Assembly (NCBI GenBank): GCA_030704615.1 | Contig: CM060733.1 | Location: forward strand, 56,482,001 to 56,546,000 | Length of the DNA stretch: 64,000 nucleotides | Origin: Takakia lepidozioides | Lineage: Eukaryota; Plantae; Bryophyta | Direction of reading: 5' to 3' | Part shown: in pieces, positions 23,201 through 36,075 of the stretch | How positions within the stretch are numbered: the stretch's first letter is position 1 | How the letters are laid out: every line of letters begins with the position of its first letter | Program-made: the position numbers and the translations under genes | The notes under the pieces: generated by a model | Seen by the model: only the letters and a program-made list of their open reading frames with translations | Told to the model about the DNA's origin: nothing | Databases searched by the model: none

Positions 23201-26200
23201 TGCAGGTTTCAGGAACTCCTGGTATGCTCGTGTGGACAGTTTATTTCAACGCAACGGACTCTCTACTGCTTTCCTATTACCAATGAATCCAGATGAGGTG
23301 GACACCACATCCAGACACGACTGCAATTAGGAGAGAGCTTATGGAATTGCATGTCAAGAGAACTTGGAAGCTACCCAATCTCACGACAAAGCTCCACTTC
23401 TATCGAGAGACATTCTTGGTGCTCCACGATCATAGAATCTTGAGACCAAATTACCTTTCAGCATCTTTATCTCCTTCCCTCCTGAGGGCATTGGGGCGGT
23501 TCAGGGTGGGTTCCCACAACCTACGGATAGAGACTGGCAGAATGGGAAAACCTGCAACGGGAGGACCGCCTATGTCCAGCTTGCATAGGGCGCAGCCAGG
23601 AAATTGAAACTGAAGAACACTTCTTCTTCTACTGCCCTCTATACTACGAGATCCGTGGGAGATTCCACTGTTTATTCAGTGGAACCCAAACTCTCACTGA
23701 TGTCTTCCACTATGAGGATCAAAAATGCTTGGCAGCCTACCTGCACAAGGCCTTCACCCTTAGACAATCTTTAGAACATTAATTGTTATTCTTGGTTTCA
23801 TGTTCCTCTCTCATGTTTTCTTCCATTTTGTCCCATAAGCTCTATGAGCTTTCCATGGACGTTATAAAGCACCATTTCATTTCATTTCATTTCTCTGTGT
23901 TGAAGCTTTGGGCTGAATCCTGGGTTGGAGATTTACATCAGTGCTAGGAGTTTGGAAGGCCAGATTGTGCACCAAGGTGAGTTTCAGTGCGTGGGGAAAG
24001 CATGCAGTGCTGGTTGTGGGCTACACCTCGCTTTTGACTTCCCTTCTTCGCTTTCCAATGGGTAGTGGGGTCTGTCTCCAAAGTGCTGGCACATCTATGC
24101 CCTTGACCATATATGCTGTCTTTTTCTCTCTGCATTGTTTTGTCTCTACCTAGTACATGTCTCTCTGTATTGTTCTGTATCTATGTGCCAATGTGTTGAT
24201 CGACAGAACTGATATTGGTACCTCTGACCACTTCCTGGTTTGGACTGAGATCAAAAGGTGTTTTCCCAACACCAAGAGATCTGTGAAACGTTCGATTCGG
24301 AAGTGGCGCATAGAAAAATTCCATAATGAGGAGGTCAAGGCTGAGTACGCCCAGGCCTTGCAAGAGGCTCTCCCTCATTTTGTCCAATCGCTCCAAGAAC
24401 TTCAGTCTCGCTCTGACAATGCAAGAAATGAAGTTGAAAGAGCAGTGGACTCTTGGGAGAGTTTCGTTTCCTCCGTGGCTGACAAGATCATTGGGAGGAA
24501 ACTAATTGTCTGCGGAAGAGCTGTTAATTGGTGGACCAATGAGATTAAACTCAAGATAGCTGAGAGACGAGCCCTCTATAAAGAGTGCTGCAATTTGAAA
24601 ACCAACAGAGAATTGTGGGCGAGGTACTACCAGCTCCGTAAAGATATTAATCAGCTTGTTAGGTCTCAGAAGAAATTATACTGGGACAAGTTATACAGTG
24701 AAATAAACTCAAACCACCATGGTGGTAATGACAAGAAATTCTGGTTGGCCCTTCAACATTTGTACAAGCCGAAAAACGGTCAGCAAGTACAAGCGCTGAA
24801 GACTACTAAAGGTGCAGTGGTGACTTCATCGGTTGACATTGTCAAAACCTTTGAAACTCACTACAGTATCCTTGGCAGAACTTCTAGGTCTAACAGTGAG
24901 AGGTCTTCTGCTGAATGGAGGGACACAGTTGGAAAAACTGTTCCTATGATTCAAAACAGCCCTGATGAACTGGAGTATATTTCAATGGCTTATAACTCTC
25001 CCATTAGTTCTTCTGAGATTGTGGAAGCAATTGAACATTTAAATGGATATAAAGCTGGTGGACCTGATGGTATTGTCAACGAGCTTATCAAGCACGGTGG
25101 CGATCCCATGATAGAGGCCCTAGTTCTCCTCTTTAACCTTATCTGGAAGACTGAAATGATCCCCTTTCGCTGGCGACAGGGGTCATTGTCAATCTATACA
25201 AGAAGGGTGACAGAGAAGAACCGGGGAACTACCGCGGCATCACGTTCCTCAATGCTGTTGGCAAGACATTCTGCAGAGCTATAAGTACTCGTCTCGAGGT
25301 TGATCTGGAGTCTAGAGGTTGTTTCCACGAAGGCCAAGCTGGCTTTCGGCGAAACAGGGGCTGTGTGGATCATATCTTCACTCTAAGCCAGATTATCCAG
25401 GGAAGGAAAAAAGAAGGGAAACCCACTTATGTTTTTTTCCTGGATGTCAAAAAGGCTTATGACACAGTGTGGAGAGATGGCCCATGGTTCCGCCTCTGGT
25501 CTTGTGGGATCAAGGGAAAGATGTGGAGAGTTGTCCACAACTTGTATGCTCACACCAAAAGCTGTGTCACTGTTAATGGACAGAAGTCCAACTTCTTCGA
25601 CATAGACCAAGGTGTAGCTCAAGGATGTACTCTCTCCCCTCTGCTCTTCAATATTTTCATCAATCAACTCCTCGAGGATGTGGAAAGTGAGGGATTTGGG
25701 TTAAGGGTGGGTGATACCACTATACCAGCCCTTATGTTTGCGGATGACTTCACAGGCATAGGGGAGACTCCAACCAATCTCCAGGAGTTGATTGATTGCG
25801 CGAAGAGATACTTTGATCTTTGGGGGCTAGAGGCTAATGTCAGCAAATGTGCAGTGGTAGCATTCAACGACAGAGGAGGGAGGAAGTGATCTTAAGTGGC
25901 AGTGGGGTAGCCAAGAGATCCAGTCCTCCCTTCCTACACTTACCTGGGCGTTGAGTTTTCCTCCAATTGTAATTGGGATGCACATATCCGGAAAGTTGTT
26001 CAAACTGGCAAGGGCAAAGCTCTGGGGCTCACTAAATTTTTCCACTGCAGAGGGGTCAACTCTGAGGTTAAGAAAACCATGCTTTGTCGCATTATTAGAC
26101 CTGCCTTGGAGTACGGATCTGCAATATGGGTTGATAACTCCAACCAGGCTAAGTCTCTAGAATCCATTCAAGTGGGGGTGCTTAAGGAGTGTATGTCAGC

Positions 26201-29200
26201 ATGCTCCAAAACAGCCAATGTGGCTGTTCGGGGTGAGTTTGGCATTCCGTCCTTAAGCTCCCGACGAGATGAATTCAAGGTCAGATGGTGGGGTCAGCTG
26301 CAACATATGCCCAACACCAGATATCCAAGTTAATCGACTCTATATCTTGGAAACAGGACCGCCCTGTCAAACAGGCTAAGTCCTGGCAGAAGAGAGTAGA
26401 AGAGATTCTCAAGGACCTGGACCTGGATCCGCAAGTCTTGACCCTGCTGGATAAATCTGACTTAGAGGCTGTAGTGTCCAAAGCCATGTCTGTTGCCTTG
26501 AGATTGTTTGATGAAAATGAAGTTAGGCAGAAAACTTCCCTGAACTTGTTTCCAGTCAGTGCCATGAGGGAGGACATCTTGGATGACCTCAAGGGTCTAC
26601 CCAGTCTCGGCACTAGACTGAAATTTAAACTCAGGGCAGGAAGCCTACCTTTGAACAGCAAACAGAAGCAGAGAGGAAAGGGAGAGTGCAATTGCCCGTT
26701 GTGTGGGCAATCTGAAGACAGTATTCATTTTCTGATACACTGTCCGGGGTTCTCTCACGAAAGAGACGCTCTCTTCAAATCTATCAAGGGAATTGTGCCT
26801 GTACCCCTGTTTACCAACTTTGAAAGTCTCGAGGCTGAGCCAAAAGCCCAGGCCCTCCTGAGGCCTAGTTTTTGGGCAAATCACACACAGCCGATTGATG
26901 CTTGTGTGAAGGGATTTCTAGAGGATATCTGGAAAACCCGGATTAATTCTATATATGAAGGTAAGTCTTACTACCAACGTCAGCCCCTGACAGAGGTAGG
27001 TTCTGTCCCTTTTGTTCCCGCTCAAACTGGGCGCGGGGTCAATGGCCACAAGGCTACGGCAAACAACGTCTTATGAGTACAATCTCTGTATTGTTCTGCA
27101 CATCTTGGAAATTGCTGTGTGCATCATGGGTTGGCATTCTTTAATGCTGTGTCACAGTCACAATGAGACAAGGGTCCATGCTGCAGGGTGGGGCAGGGAC
27201 ATGGAGTGATGGAAAGCTGACCACACGCATTGGGAAAAACAGTGGCAGTGTGCAAACTGTAAGTATCTTTTGTTCTGCATGGTCCCTGGCTGATTGGAGT
27301 CTCGTGTGAAACCTGGAAACCTTGTGTTGGATTCTGCTACTGCTACTGGCCTCACTGGGAATTGAATCTGGATCACCTGCCCTAGGATTTAGAGGGGCAG
27401 GCTCACGTAACAGAAGAGTAGAAAATAAATAATAAATCCTGGTGTTTGGAATCAAAGCTCAAAAGCCAAGAACATATGTGTATAATGTGTACATCTATAT
27501 GACATATGCTCCACCTCAAACAAGATAAAATTGATGCTTGCAGCCAGAAAGTCCCCATTTCCTTATTTTAGTTTCATTTGCACTTTCCTTTGCCACTCTG
27601 CAGTTGCTTCAATGAAATTACAGACATGTACACATCACATTAGGTATGAAGTATTTCATTTCTGGGTTTATTGAATCATGACCCAAGTGGTTCCTTGCAG
27701 GTCCTAGCGACACTGGTACGCTTTGGTGCTCCGGCACATATTTTAATGGATGGAAAGCCCCATATAGGGACTGATCGACTTATCCGCATCCTACAGGCTT
27801 TTCGGGAGCATTTGCTTTCTCTGGGTGTAGTGTTTTGCCCCTCTCTATCTTTCTAGATGCCCACCAAGGAGGAATGGCAACTTGCTCCAGTCAATCTTGG
27901 TGTGTCCTAGAGGTTCAGATATCAGTTTCTTTCATGGAACTCAGGTGGTCAGGATTTTGAACTGATTATGTGATTATCTTTGTTTGATGCCTGCATGGTA
28001 AAACATGTAGTGAGAATATCTCTTTGCTTTTGTGGAAGTGGTAGAGGACATGTGATGGATTGTTCTGCGTTGGAAAAGAGGGGTATAGGAGATAAAGATA
28101 TTCCGGCACAATATCCTGGTCCTCAGAAAGCAGTACCATGCTGAAGTGGGAAACACGTTTCATTGATTGGATTTCGGAAGTTGGCACAAAAATTTGACAT
28201 CGTCAAGCAATTTCTGCAGGTCAATATTATGTTTGGGACGCGGATGGATGATCTCATTGTACGCAATGGTCGTGTGGTTGGAGTGCGATTATGTCCGGTG
28301 ATGGGGAAACCTGAACATATCTGCCCAGGTGTACTGGAAGCAGATGCTGTAGTGCTGGGGGTGGGGCACTCAGCACGCGATGTCTATGAGAGCCTCCTCT
28401 CACATGATGTTCTTATGACTGCCAAGGACTTTGCTGTATGTCCTCTTTCTCTTACAACTATGATCTGGTTGATTCCAGTACGTGGAGCTTGTAAAGTGTG
28501 CATGGTGTATATAGATTTGAATTGAGAGTATTATTGGGTCGGAGCCGTGCCCTCTGTCTGATTTTTTTTTTGAGGTCGAAGTCATTGAAGAGGCATATCA
28601 TGAGTTTCTTTTCTCTCCCCCCCTCCCCCCTGTGGACTTTATAACGTTTATTTCTTAATTCTGTCTCACAGGTTTCCTTTTGCCCTAATATAGTTCATTC
28701 TTTCTCTGTTGTCCTAAGGTGGTTCATTGGCATTCTAGGTGGGTTTCCGAATTGAGCATCCACAAGAGCTTGTCAATGAGATCCAGGTGCACACTGTGTC
28801 GCTTTCTATTTGCGCTAGCTCTGTGAGTGATTGGATATGATTGTTCTTTCCTACTTCAAAGACAGCTTATCTCGCCATACTAATGGAATCAGAACCTTTG
28901 AGACGGAATTTTATTCTGTGGTGTCTAGGGTGTGAGTGTGCACTGCACAACCTAGAGACACCCACCGTTGCTTGCTGGGTTATCTCCACCTCACTTTGGG
29001 AATATGCTCAGACAGGCCTTGTTGGCAGATGGCCCAGTGGTTAGGGAAGTTGAACTCCACATCTGGTTCTTACCCACTATGGTCAACCCATCTATAATGG
29101 AGGGTTATTGAGGCAGCTGGTTAATGTGAGGGATATCCAACCAGGTCAATTGTCTAACTCCGAAAACATTTGAGTCTTCAGGAGAAGTATTGGGCCACTA

Positions 29201-32200
29201 AATGGCCCGGGTCGAAAACCCAGCACTTCAAAATCACCTGCTTCCTACCTATGGGTCTTGCACTATGGTTTCTCTTCTCTCCTTGTGCGTCACTCTTTCT
29301 TACTTTCTCACTTCTTTGAGACCAGCAACAGGGAAATTTTATTATAAATTGAATGTTTTAAGCTATGATAATAGAATGGTAGTCTTATATGGGGGATTTT
29401 CATGCAGGTCTAAAGGGTTATATCTCACCGGGTCAATAGCTGCATCCCAAGGTTTAATCTTGGTCCAAACCACATAAATGAAAGGAAATGATACTTTAGA
29501 ACATCCACGGAAATCTCAAAGACCTTATGGGACAAGAGAAAGAAGGAACCTTTGTAATATCCAGGGGAGGGAGATAGGACAAAGTGTAACAACGGAGTGA
29601 GTGAGGCAAAAGTAGGACTAAAGAATGTTGCCTAAGACGCAGGATTGTTACCAGTCCATAGAACATTCTCTCCTCCACCACAATAGTTCCTGGAATGTAA
29701 ACTGAAGACATTTATTAATCTCTGTCTCAGTATCATAAGTGGGCATCAGAAGTGCATCGTGGTAAAGGAAGAATTCCAGTTGCGGACTACAAAGTTGCTG
29801 CAGATGTTGACCTGCGTGAGTTGAAGCCTTTCTCACCAAGTGACGGGGAGGCCCAGCGCGGTTGCTACTCATTCTGCATGTGTCCAGGTGGCCAGGTGTC
29901 TCTTTCTGTCTCTTCTCTGTTTTCTTTTGTGTGACGAGGAATGGGGGAAGACCCAAGATCAGACATTGTTAGAAAATCTCTTTTCAAAAAGTTCATCAAA
30001 GCTAAGAAGGCCTATAGCCAAGAAGCCACAAGAAGTGAGACAGGTGGGAAGGGTGCAAAGGCAGCGAGCCAAATGCCCGAACAAAGGTAGTGTCCCTCAG
30101 AAAACAAGAACACTTGTTCTTTTATTGGCCTCTGTATTATGAGATCCGTGGGAGATTCCACTGTCTATTCGTGGGACTCAATCTCTCACTGAAGTCTTCC
30201 ATTATGGGGATCGGAAATGCTTGGCAGCTAACCTGCATGAGGCCTTGACCCTTAGGCAATCCCTTGAGCACTAGTTGCTTTTGGGCTGCTTTTTGGCTTT
30301 GGTTTTGTCTCCTCTCTCTTGTTTTTTACCATTTTGTCCCGTAAGCTCTTTGAGCTTTCCGCGGACAGTATAAAGTACCATTTCATGTCATTTCATTTCT
30401 CTCGCTCTGTCTATGTTGCCCTCCCTCTCTTCCTCTTCATATATTGTGGCACAGGGACAGGGACTCAATGAATCTAGTGGTCAGGAAGGAGGTCAATGTT
30501 GAATGGCTATTGATGTTCAAATCCTTTCCATTCTCTCAATCACTTTCCGTGGCAGGTGGTTCCAACAAGCACTAATGATTCGGAGTTGTGCATCAATGGG
30601 ATGTCATTCTCAACACGCTCGTCCAAGTGGGCTAATGCAGCACTCGTCGTCACTGTACCATCCACCGATTTTGCACACTTGGTTGCTGACCATGGACCCC
30701 TTGCTGGCGTGGCCTTCCAGGTTTGTGGATCCATTCTGCTCTGCTGTTTCCTCGCACCCCTCTTCTGGCTCCATCTAAACCAGCCGGGGGGTGGTCACAA
30801 GGTTAGGTCAATAATGTCTATTTAGTGCTCATATGAGTTGAATAGAAGCTAGTTAGAAATGGAATAACTTGAGGAAAGGTCCAGAGATCTTGGAGAGAGA
30901 AATGAAAGAACGAGGAATGAAATGGTACTTTATAACATCCATGGAAAGCTCAAAGAGCAAGAAAGAGAGAGGGACCCTCCTCAAGCAGCCCAAAAGCTAC
31001 TGTTGTTCAAGGGATTGTCTAAGAGTCAAAGCCTCATGCAGGTAAGCTGCCAAGTGAAAGACCTCCACAAGAGATTGGGTATCACGGAATAGGCAATTGA
31101 ATCTTCCACGGATCTCATAGTAGAAAGGACAGCGAAAGAAGAATGTCCTAGTTCACTTTGGATTTCCCTGTTGTTCCTAGCACAAGCAGGGGCAAAGGTG
31201 GTCTTCGTGTTGCATGTTGTCCCACCTACCAGTCTCTATGCGCAGAGGCTACAGCAAACAAAGTCTTATGAGTACATTCTATCTGGAGACTGTGGGAGCC
31301 CACCCTGAACCTCCCCAATGCCCTTAGAAGAGAGGGAGGGAGATAGAGCTGCAGACAGGTAATTTGGCCTCAAGATTTTCGTCACAGAGGTCTCCCGATA
31401 GAACTGCAGTTTTGTTGTAAGATTGGCTAGTTTCCATGTCCGTGTGACATGAAGTACCGTAAGTTTTCTTCTGATGGATCTATTGCAGTCCTGTTTGGAC
31501 GCAATTTCCACCCCCTCCATAGAGCTTGATGGACGTTGTGAGGGCCTTGGCTGTCAGAGAAAGATTGTACTCATAAGACGTTGTTTGCCGTAGCCTTGTG
31601 GCCATTGACCCCGCGCCCAGTTTGAGCGGGAACAAAAGGGCAGAACCTACCTCTGTCAGGGGCTGACGTTGGTAGTAAGACTTACCTTCATATAAAGAAT
31701 TAATCCGGGTTTTCCAGATATCCTCTAGAAATCCCTTCACACAAGCATCAATCTGCTGTGTGTGATTTGCCCAAAAACTAGGCCTCAGGAGGGCCTGGGC
31801 TTTTGGCTCAGCCTCGAGACTTTCAAAGTTGGTAAACAGGGGTACAGGCACAATTCCCTTAATAGAGTTGAAGAGAACGTCTTGGCAGAGAAAGAGAAAG
31901 ACATTACGGTCATGGATGACCAAAGGGCCCAAGGGACTTCCATAGAACAACACAGGAGAGCCATTAATTCAAAGAGCAACCCAAGCTCATGAGATGCTCA
32001 AAGACAGAGTGCCTCTTGAAGGTAAGCTGCACATGTTGTGTCCTCATAGCTAAGGCGTCTTCCCGGAATAGGGAATCTGTTAACCGAGACCAGTATCTGC
32101 CCTGGATCTAATAGTATGCAAGGCACAAGAAAAACAGAAGAGGATTTGTCTCCACTTTGCATATTGGGCAGAACATATTCCCAGGAGGTGTTATCCTGTC

Positions 32201-34992
32201 TGTCTGTCTGTCTCAATTGGGACAGTGTGGAGATCACTTCGAAGTTGGCCAGAGCACTGTGTGAGGGACAGGGAAAACTTAGCAGAGAGGTAGGACGGCA
32301 TGAAGTGCAAGTATCGGTATTTGTAGAATCGGTTCTTATGCGAGCTGGTTCTTGGGCCTGCAATTGTGTTGCATACGTGGAACCTTCTCATATGTTCTCT
32401 GATCATCCTGAGAGGGAGACACAAAGAAACTTCCTAATGTCCACAGGGGAGCGCCCATGACCCGTAGAGTAACAAAGAACCACAGAAAACAAACTGTAGA
32501 ACTGAGAGAGAGTGAAGTGGGGGAAGTGATCTATTACATCCATGAGGGAGGGGGAAATTTTTGTCAAATTTTGATTGAAGTGTGGGTGTCATTGCAAGGC
32601 AGAGGGCTATTGAGAGGGAGGCAGCATTGCGGGGGGGCGGCAAGCTGGTGGCACCAGTGCAGCTTGTTCCAGATTTCTTGGATGACAGGCTTTCTCGTAC
32701 TATTTCTTCCCCATGAACCCACACCTGCACTATTTCAGCTGGAGATCCACTTGTCAAAATCTATTCCCTTTTTTCCCCACACTACACTTCTTGAAATATG
32801 TTGGACTTGTGACTTTGGCAGGTGATGGACTTCCATTATCCAGTTACCGACTTGGTACCCGGGCCGCCCCCCTTCATGATTTGTTGCCACCACAACTCAC
32901 CCATGCTTTAAAGCAAGCCCTCGTCACCTTTGATGATCAAGTTAGCCTCTCGTCTCTCTCTGTCTTGCTCTCTCTCCCTCTCACAAGGCTATGGCCACAA
33001 GGCTACGGCAAACAAAGTCTTATGAGTACATTCTCCCCATTGATATTACTTTACCACGCTTTGTAAAACTCCTCTGAAAGTCGACATGACTTAAAAAGGA
33101 ATCATCTTATCAAGACCTTTGTAAATATAATAACTTGGTTGTTGTCTCTCATACTTCAAATTGTCTTTCACATTTCATCCAAATGGGCCACTTGGTCACG
33201 AGGACCTTTAACAGTCTACAGTTGTTTCATTACGTGTCCCTAACCGGGGTTAATATCTTGCAAGTGGTAGTTCCTATAGCTTTACTGTTCTGACTGACTC
33301 TAGACATTGTCATTCTGTCTCCTCACCTGATGTTTAGGGCTACTGCCTGACACCACTTGCAATAGTAAAGGTGAAAAAGATCAACACTTACCATTCATGT
33401 AGCTTGACTGTTGGAATCTTGTAATACAAGCAAAGAAGAGCCCTAGAAAACGTGCACTTGTACTAAAGGTTTCAAAGAAGTTCTGTAGGAAAATGGCAGG
33501 TTCGTCTATGTATAGGAACACATTCATGACTTTTGGGGCTTCAGAAAGAGTTACATTTTAGGGGGCATTTTTGGCTGTCATGGTGCAGTTGCCGGGCTTC
33601 ATAGACCAGCGTGCTCTCCTTCATGGGGTGGAGGTAAGACCTGTCTTTGCTCTATTGTTTCATCAATTGCTCTCTCTCTACCCACCCTCGGCACTAGACT
33701 GAAATTTAAACTCAGGGCAGGAAGCCTACCTTTGAACAGCAAACAGAAGCAGAGAGGAAAGGGAGAGTGCAATTGCCCGTTGTGTGGGCAATCTGAAGAC
33801 AGTATTCATTTTCTGATACACTGTCCGGGGTTCTCTCACGAAAGAGACGCTCTCTTCAAATCTATTAAGGGAATTGTGCCTGTACCCCTGTTTACCAACT
33901 TTGAAAGTCTCGAGGCTGAGCCAAAAGCCCAGGCCCTCCTGAGGCCTAGTTTTTGGGCAAATCACACACAGCAGATTGATGCTTGTGTGAAGGGATTTCT
34001 AGAGGATATCTGGAAATCCCGGATTAATTCTTTATATGGAGGTAAGTCTTACTACCAACGTCAGCCCCTGACAGAGGTAGGTTCTGTCCCTTTTGTTCCC
34101 GCTCAAACTGGGCGCGGGGTCAATGGCCACAAGGCTACGGCAAACAACGTCTTATGAGTACAATCTCTCTCTCACAGATACTGTTAAAAGTTGTTCAAAC
34201 AAAGCTTTGGGTCTCACTCAATTTTTCCACTACAGAAGATTGATTCTGATGTTAAAGGAACATGCTTTGCAATGTTACTAGGCTTACCTTGGAGATGCCT
34301 GTGGGTTGGCAACTCCAGCCATGCTGAAACTGTAGAATCCATTCAGCTTTCGGTGCTCAAAGAGGGCACATGGCTGTTTGGGGTGAGTTTGGTGTTCCAC
34401 CCTTGAGCTCTCGACGTGATGAGCTCAAGGTCAGATGGCGGGGTCAGTGTAATCGCATGCCTAATACCAGATTCCCTAAGGTAATCGACTCCAATTCTTG
34501 GAAGCAAGACCGTCCTGTTAAACAGGCTAAGTCCTGGTGGAAAAGGGTAGAGGAGATTTTCAAGTACCTGCATATTAGGCAGGAAGAAATGACACTGCTA
34601 GATGAAGCGGACTTGGGGGCTGAAGTGGCTAAGACCATGTCGGAAGCACGGAGAATGTCCGAACCAACGAAGTTAGGCCTAAAACTTCCCTGAACTGTTC
34701 CCAGTTTTGTGACATGGGTGAGGACATTTGTTAGTATACAATGGTCAATGCTTGATTTAATCAGAATTTTCTGCTGCAGACAAGAACCAGTTCTCCAGTG
34801 AGAATAGAGCGCAATAAGGACAGCTTTGAGTCTTTGACAATGCCGGGCCTCTATCCAGTAGGAGAAGGAGCAGGATACGCTGGTGGCATTGTAAGCGCTG
34901 CAGTGGATGGAATGCATGCAGGACTTTGTTTGGCAAAACAGTTTGATGCCAACAATGCCCTCCTCCGGTTACTTCCATCAAGCCTGTCATAG
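20248..34992 (+). CDS. FAD/NAD(P)-binding oxidoreductase (At4g30720/PDE327-like), 14 exons
   Basis: Exons 20248-20820, 21263-21322, 21515-21806, 22270-22463, 27187-27258, 27701-27826, 28220-28435, 28739-28786, 29731-29895, 30556-30720, 32603-32696, 32822-32940, 33589-33633, 34780-34992. All introns are GT-AG and phase-consistent. Motifs: RKSFDARK, VVGSGPAG, FGEGGAGTWSDGKL, GKPHIGTD, YSFCMCPGG, ETRTSSP, GEGAGYAGGIVSAAVDG. The start codon is uncertain. Confidence 0.9.
21371..21442 (+). mobile_element. LINE-B 3' tail-only insertion
   Basis: ctctatgagctttccgcggacgttataaagcac(CATTT)n, the same 3' end as 22535-23895. Confidence 0.75.
21830..22055 (+). mobile_element. LINE-B 3' fragment
   Basis: [26 protein letters not shown] followed by the 3' UTR and (CATTT)n tail. 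Confidence 0.8.
22535..23895 (+). mobile_element. 5'-truncated non-LTR retrotransposon, family LINE-B (RTEX-like)
   Basis: LYADD at ~22566, VNLSKTKIMVF, LGRFRVGSHNLRIETGR..LCPAC..EEHFFFYCP..EIRGRF, (CATTT)n tail; frameshifted. The clade assignment is inference. Confidence 0.85.
24178..27082 (+). mobile_element. 5'-truncated non-LTR retrotransposon, family LINE-A, with 16-bp TSD
   Basis: Endonuclease end (SDH), KAGGPDGI, LDVKKAYDTV, QGCTLSPLLF, FADD, and C-terminal CPLC..HFLIHCP; several frameshifts. TSD TCTCTGTATTGTTCTG at 24162-24177 and 27083-27098. Confidence 0.92.
30110..30402 (+). mobile_element. LINE-B 3' fragment
   Basis: Homologous to 23620-23895, including the tail. Confidence 0.8.
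30900..31552 (-). mobile_element. LINE-B 3' fragment, antisense, diverged
   Basis: Minus-strand peptide HVTRTWKLANLTTKLQFYRET..ILRPNYLSA, with a tail (gaaatg) at 30900-30930. Confidence 0.75.
31563..31880 (-). mobile_element. LINE-A 3' fragment abutting the LINE-B copy
   Basis: Near-identical reverse complement of 26765-27085. Confidence 0.9.
33686..34163 (+). mobile_element. LINE-A 3' fragment flanked by (CT)n
   Basis: Near-identical to 26606-27082; (CT)5 lies on both sides. Confidence 0.9.
34240..34695 (+). mobile_element. Diverged internal fragment of a LINE-A relative
   Basis: GEFGVPPLSSRRDELKVRW..WKQDRPVKQAKSW matches the peptide at 26230-26540. Confidence 0.8.
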
Positions 34993-35689
34993 CTCAATCG
35001 ACTGGTCGGCATTGACTGTATGTTTGTAAGTTTAAATTTGTGGTGCAGATCAGCCAGATTCTTTGAAAGGCATAGAGCTCATGTAAAGGGTTGTGGCTGT
35101 TGAGTGGCTCAAACCCACTAGTAGCAGCTAAAGAGAAGCAATTATGAACTACATTTTCCTAGGTGTTCTGTATGAATGGAACAGGAGCAGAAATGAGAGG
35201 CCACTCCTGAACCCTCGTGGGTGATAATACCGACAACCTTGTATGCAATCCACAACCAAGAAAAGTAGGAAGGGGGGGGGAGGGGAGAGAGAGAGCAGCA
35301 GCAGTGCTGCTGCTGCCGCTCTCTATACCCATTTCTGAAGTTGCCATGCTGGTGGTACCCTCCTTCCAAAGCATCCAAACCCTCGGTTTGCAGTTTGTTC
35401 CGCAGTCTTGCCCATTATGTCCTCCAAAGACGCATGATCAATATAAAATTTGATTAAAAATTTAGATCATTCCTAAATATATCTTTCCTGATGGAAATAT
35501 GTATCTTCAAGGAAGGTATGTTTGTACTGATTCTGGAATGTCTTTCATGTTTTAGCGAGCTTTATGAAAAGATGGTCGACGAAACTTTGGAAAACATGTT
35601 GATAGTAGAATGATGAAATGATGCACAAAGACCTGTTTCCTTTCCTCAGCCTGTAAAATATGTGTGATGAGGAGTGTAGAACTGGAATA

Positions 35690-36075
35690 GACTTGAGAGC
35701 TGTCTGCACTGCCCCAACTTATCATTTGACAGACAGCTAAGCCCAGATGGTTGCATGTTGTATGCCCTCACAACTCGATGGTGGCACAACATTGGCCTCA
35801 AATTCCCTGAGGGTAATTCACTATACACAGCTCATGCTGCAGATGGGGGCTTATTTTGCATGACGGAAGAGGGCGTCAATGACTTAAATCAATTGTATGC
35901 AATCCTCTCTTGAACAGTTCGAGACAATTGCCTACCCCGCCTCACAATCCGACACATTTGGACGTGCAAAGTGTGAATCTGATTGTGAATAGATGCACCG
36001 AGAGCTACAAGGTCATTCTGATATCAAACGAGTACACGAAACATTGGATAACACATATCTATGACTCTAGGACTC
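35690..36075 (+). pseudogene. F-box-associated (beta-propeller) domain relic
   Basis: AADGGLFCM..IVCNPLLNSSRQLP..YKVILI..THIYDSRT is a pattern typical of plant F-box proteins; frameshifted, and no F-box is seen. Confidence 0.55.
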
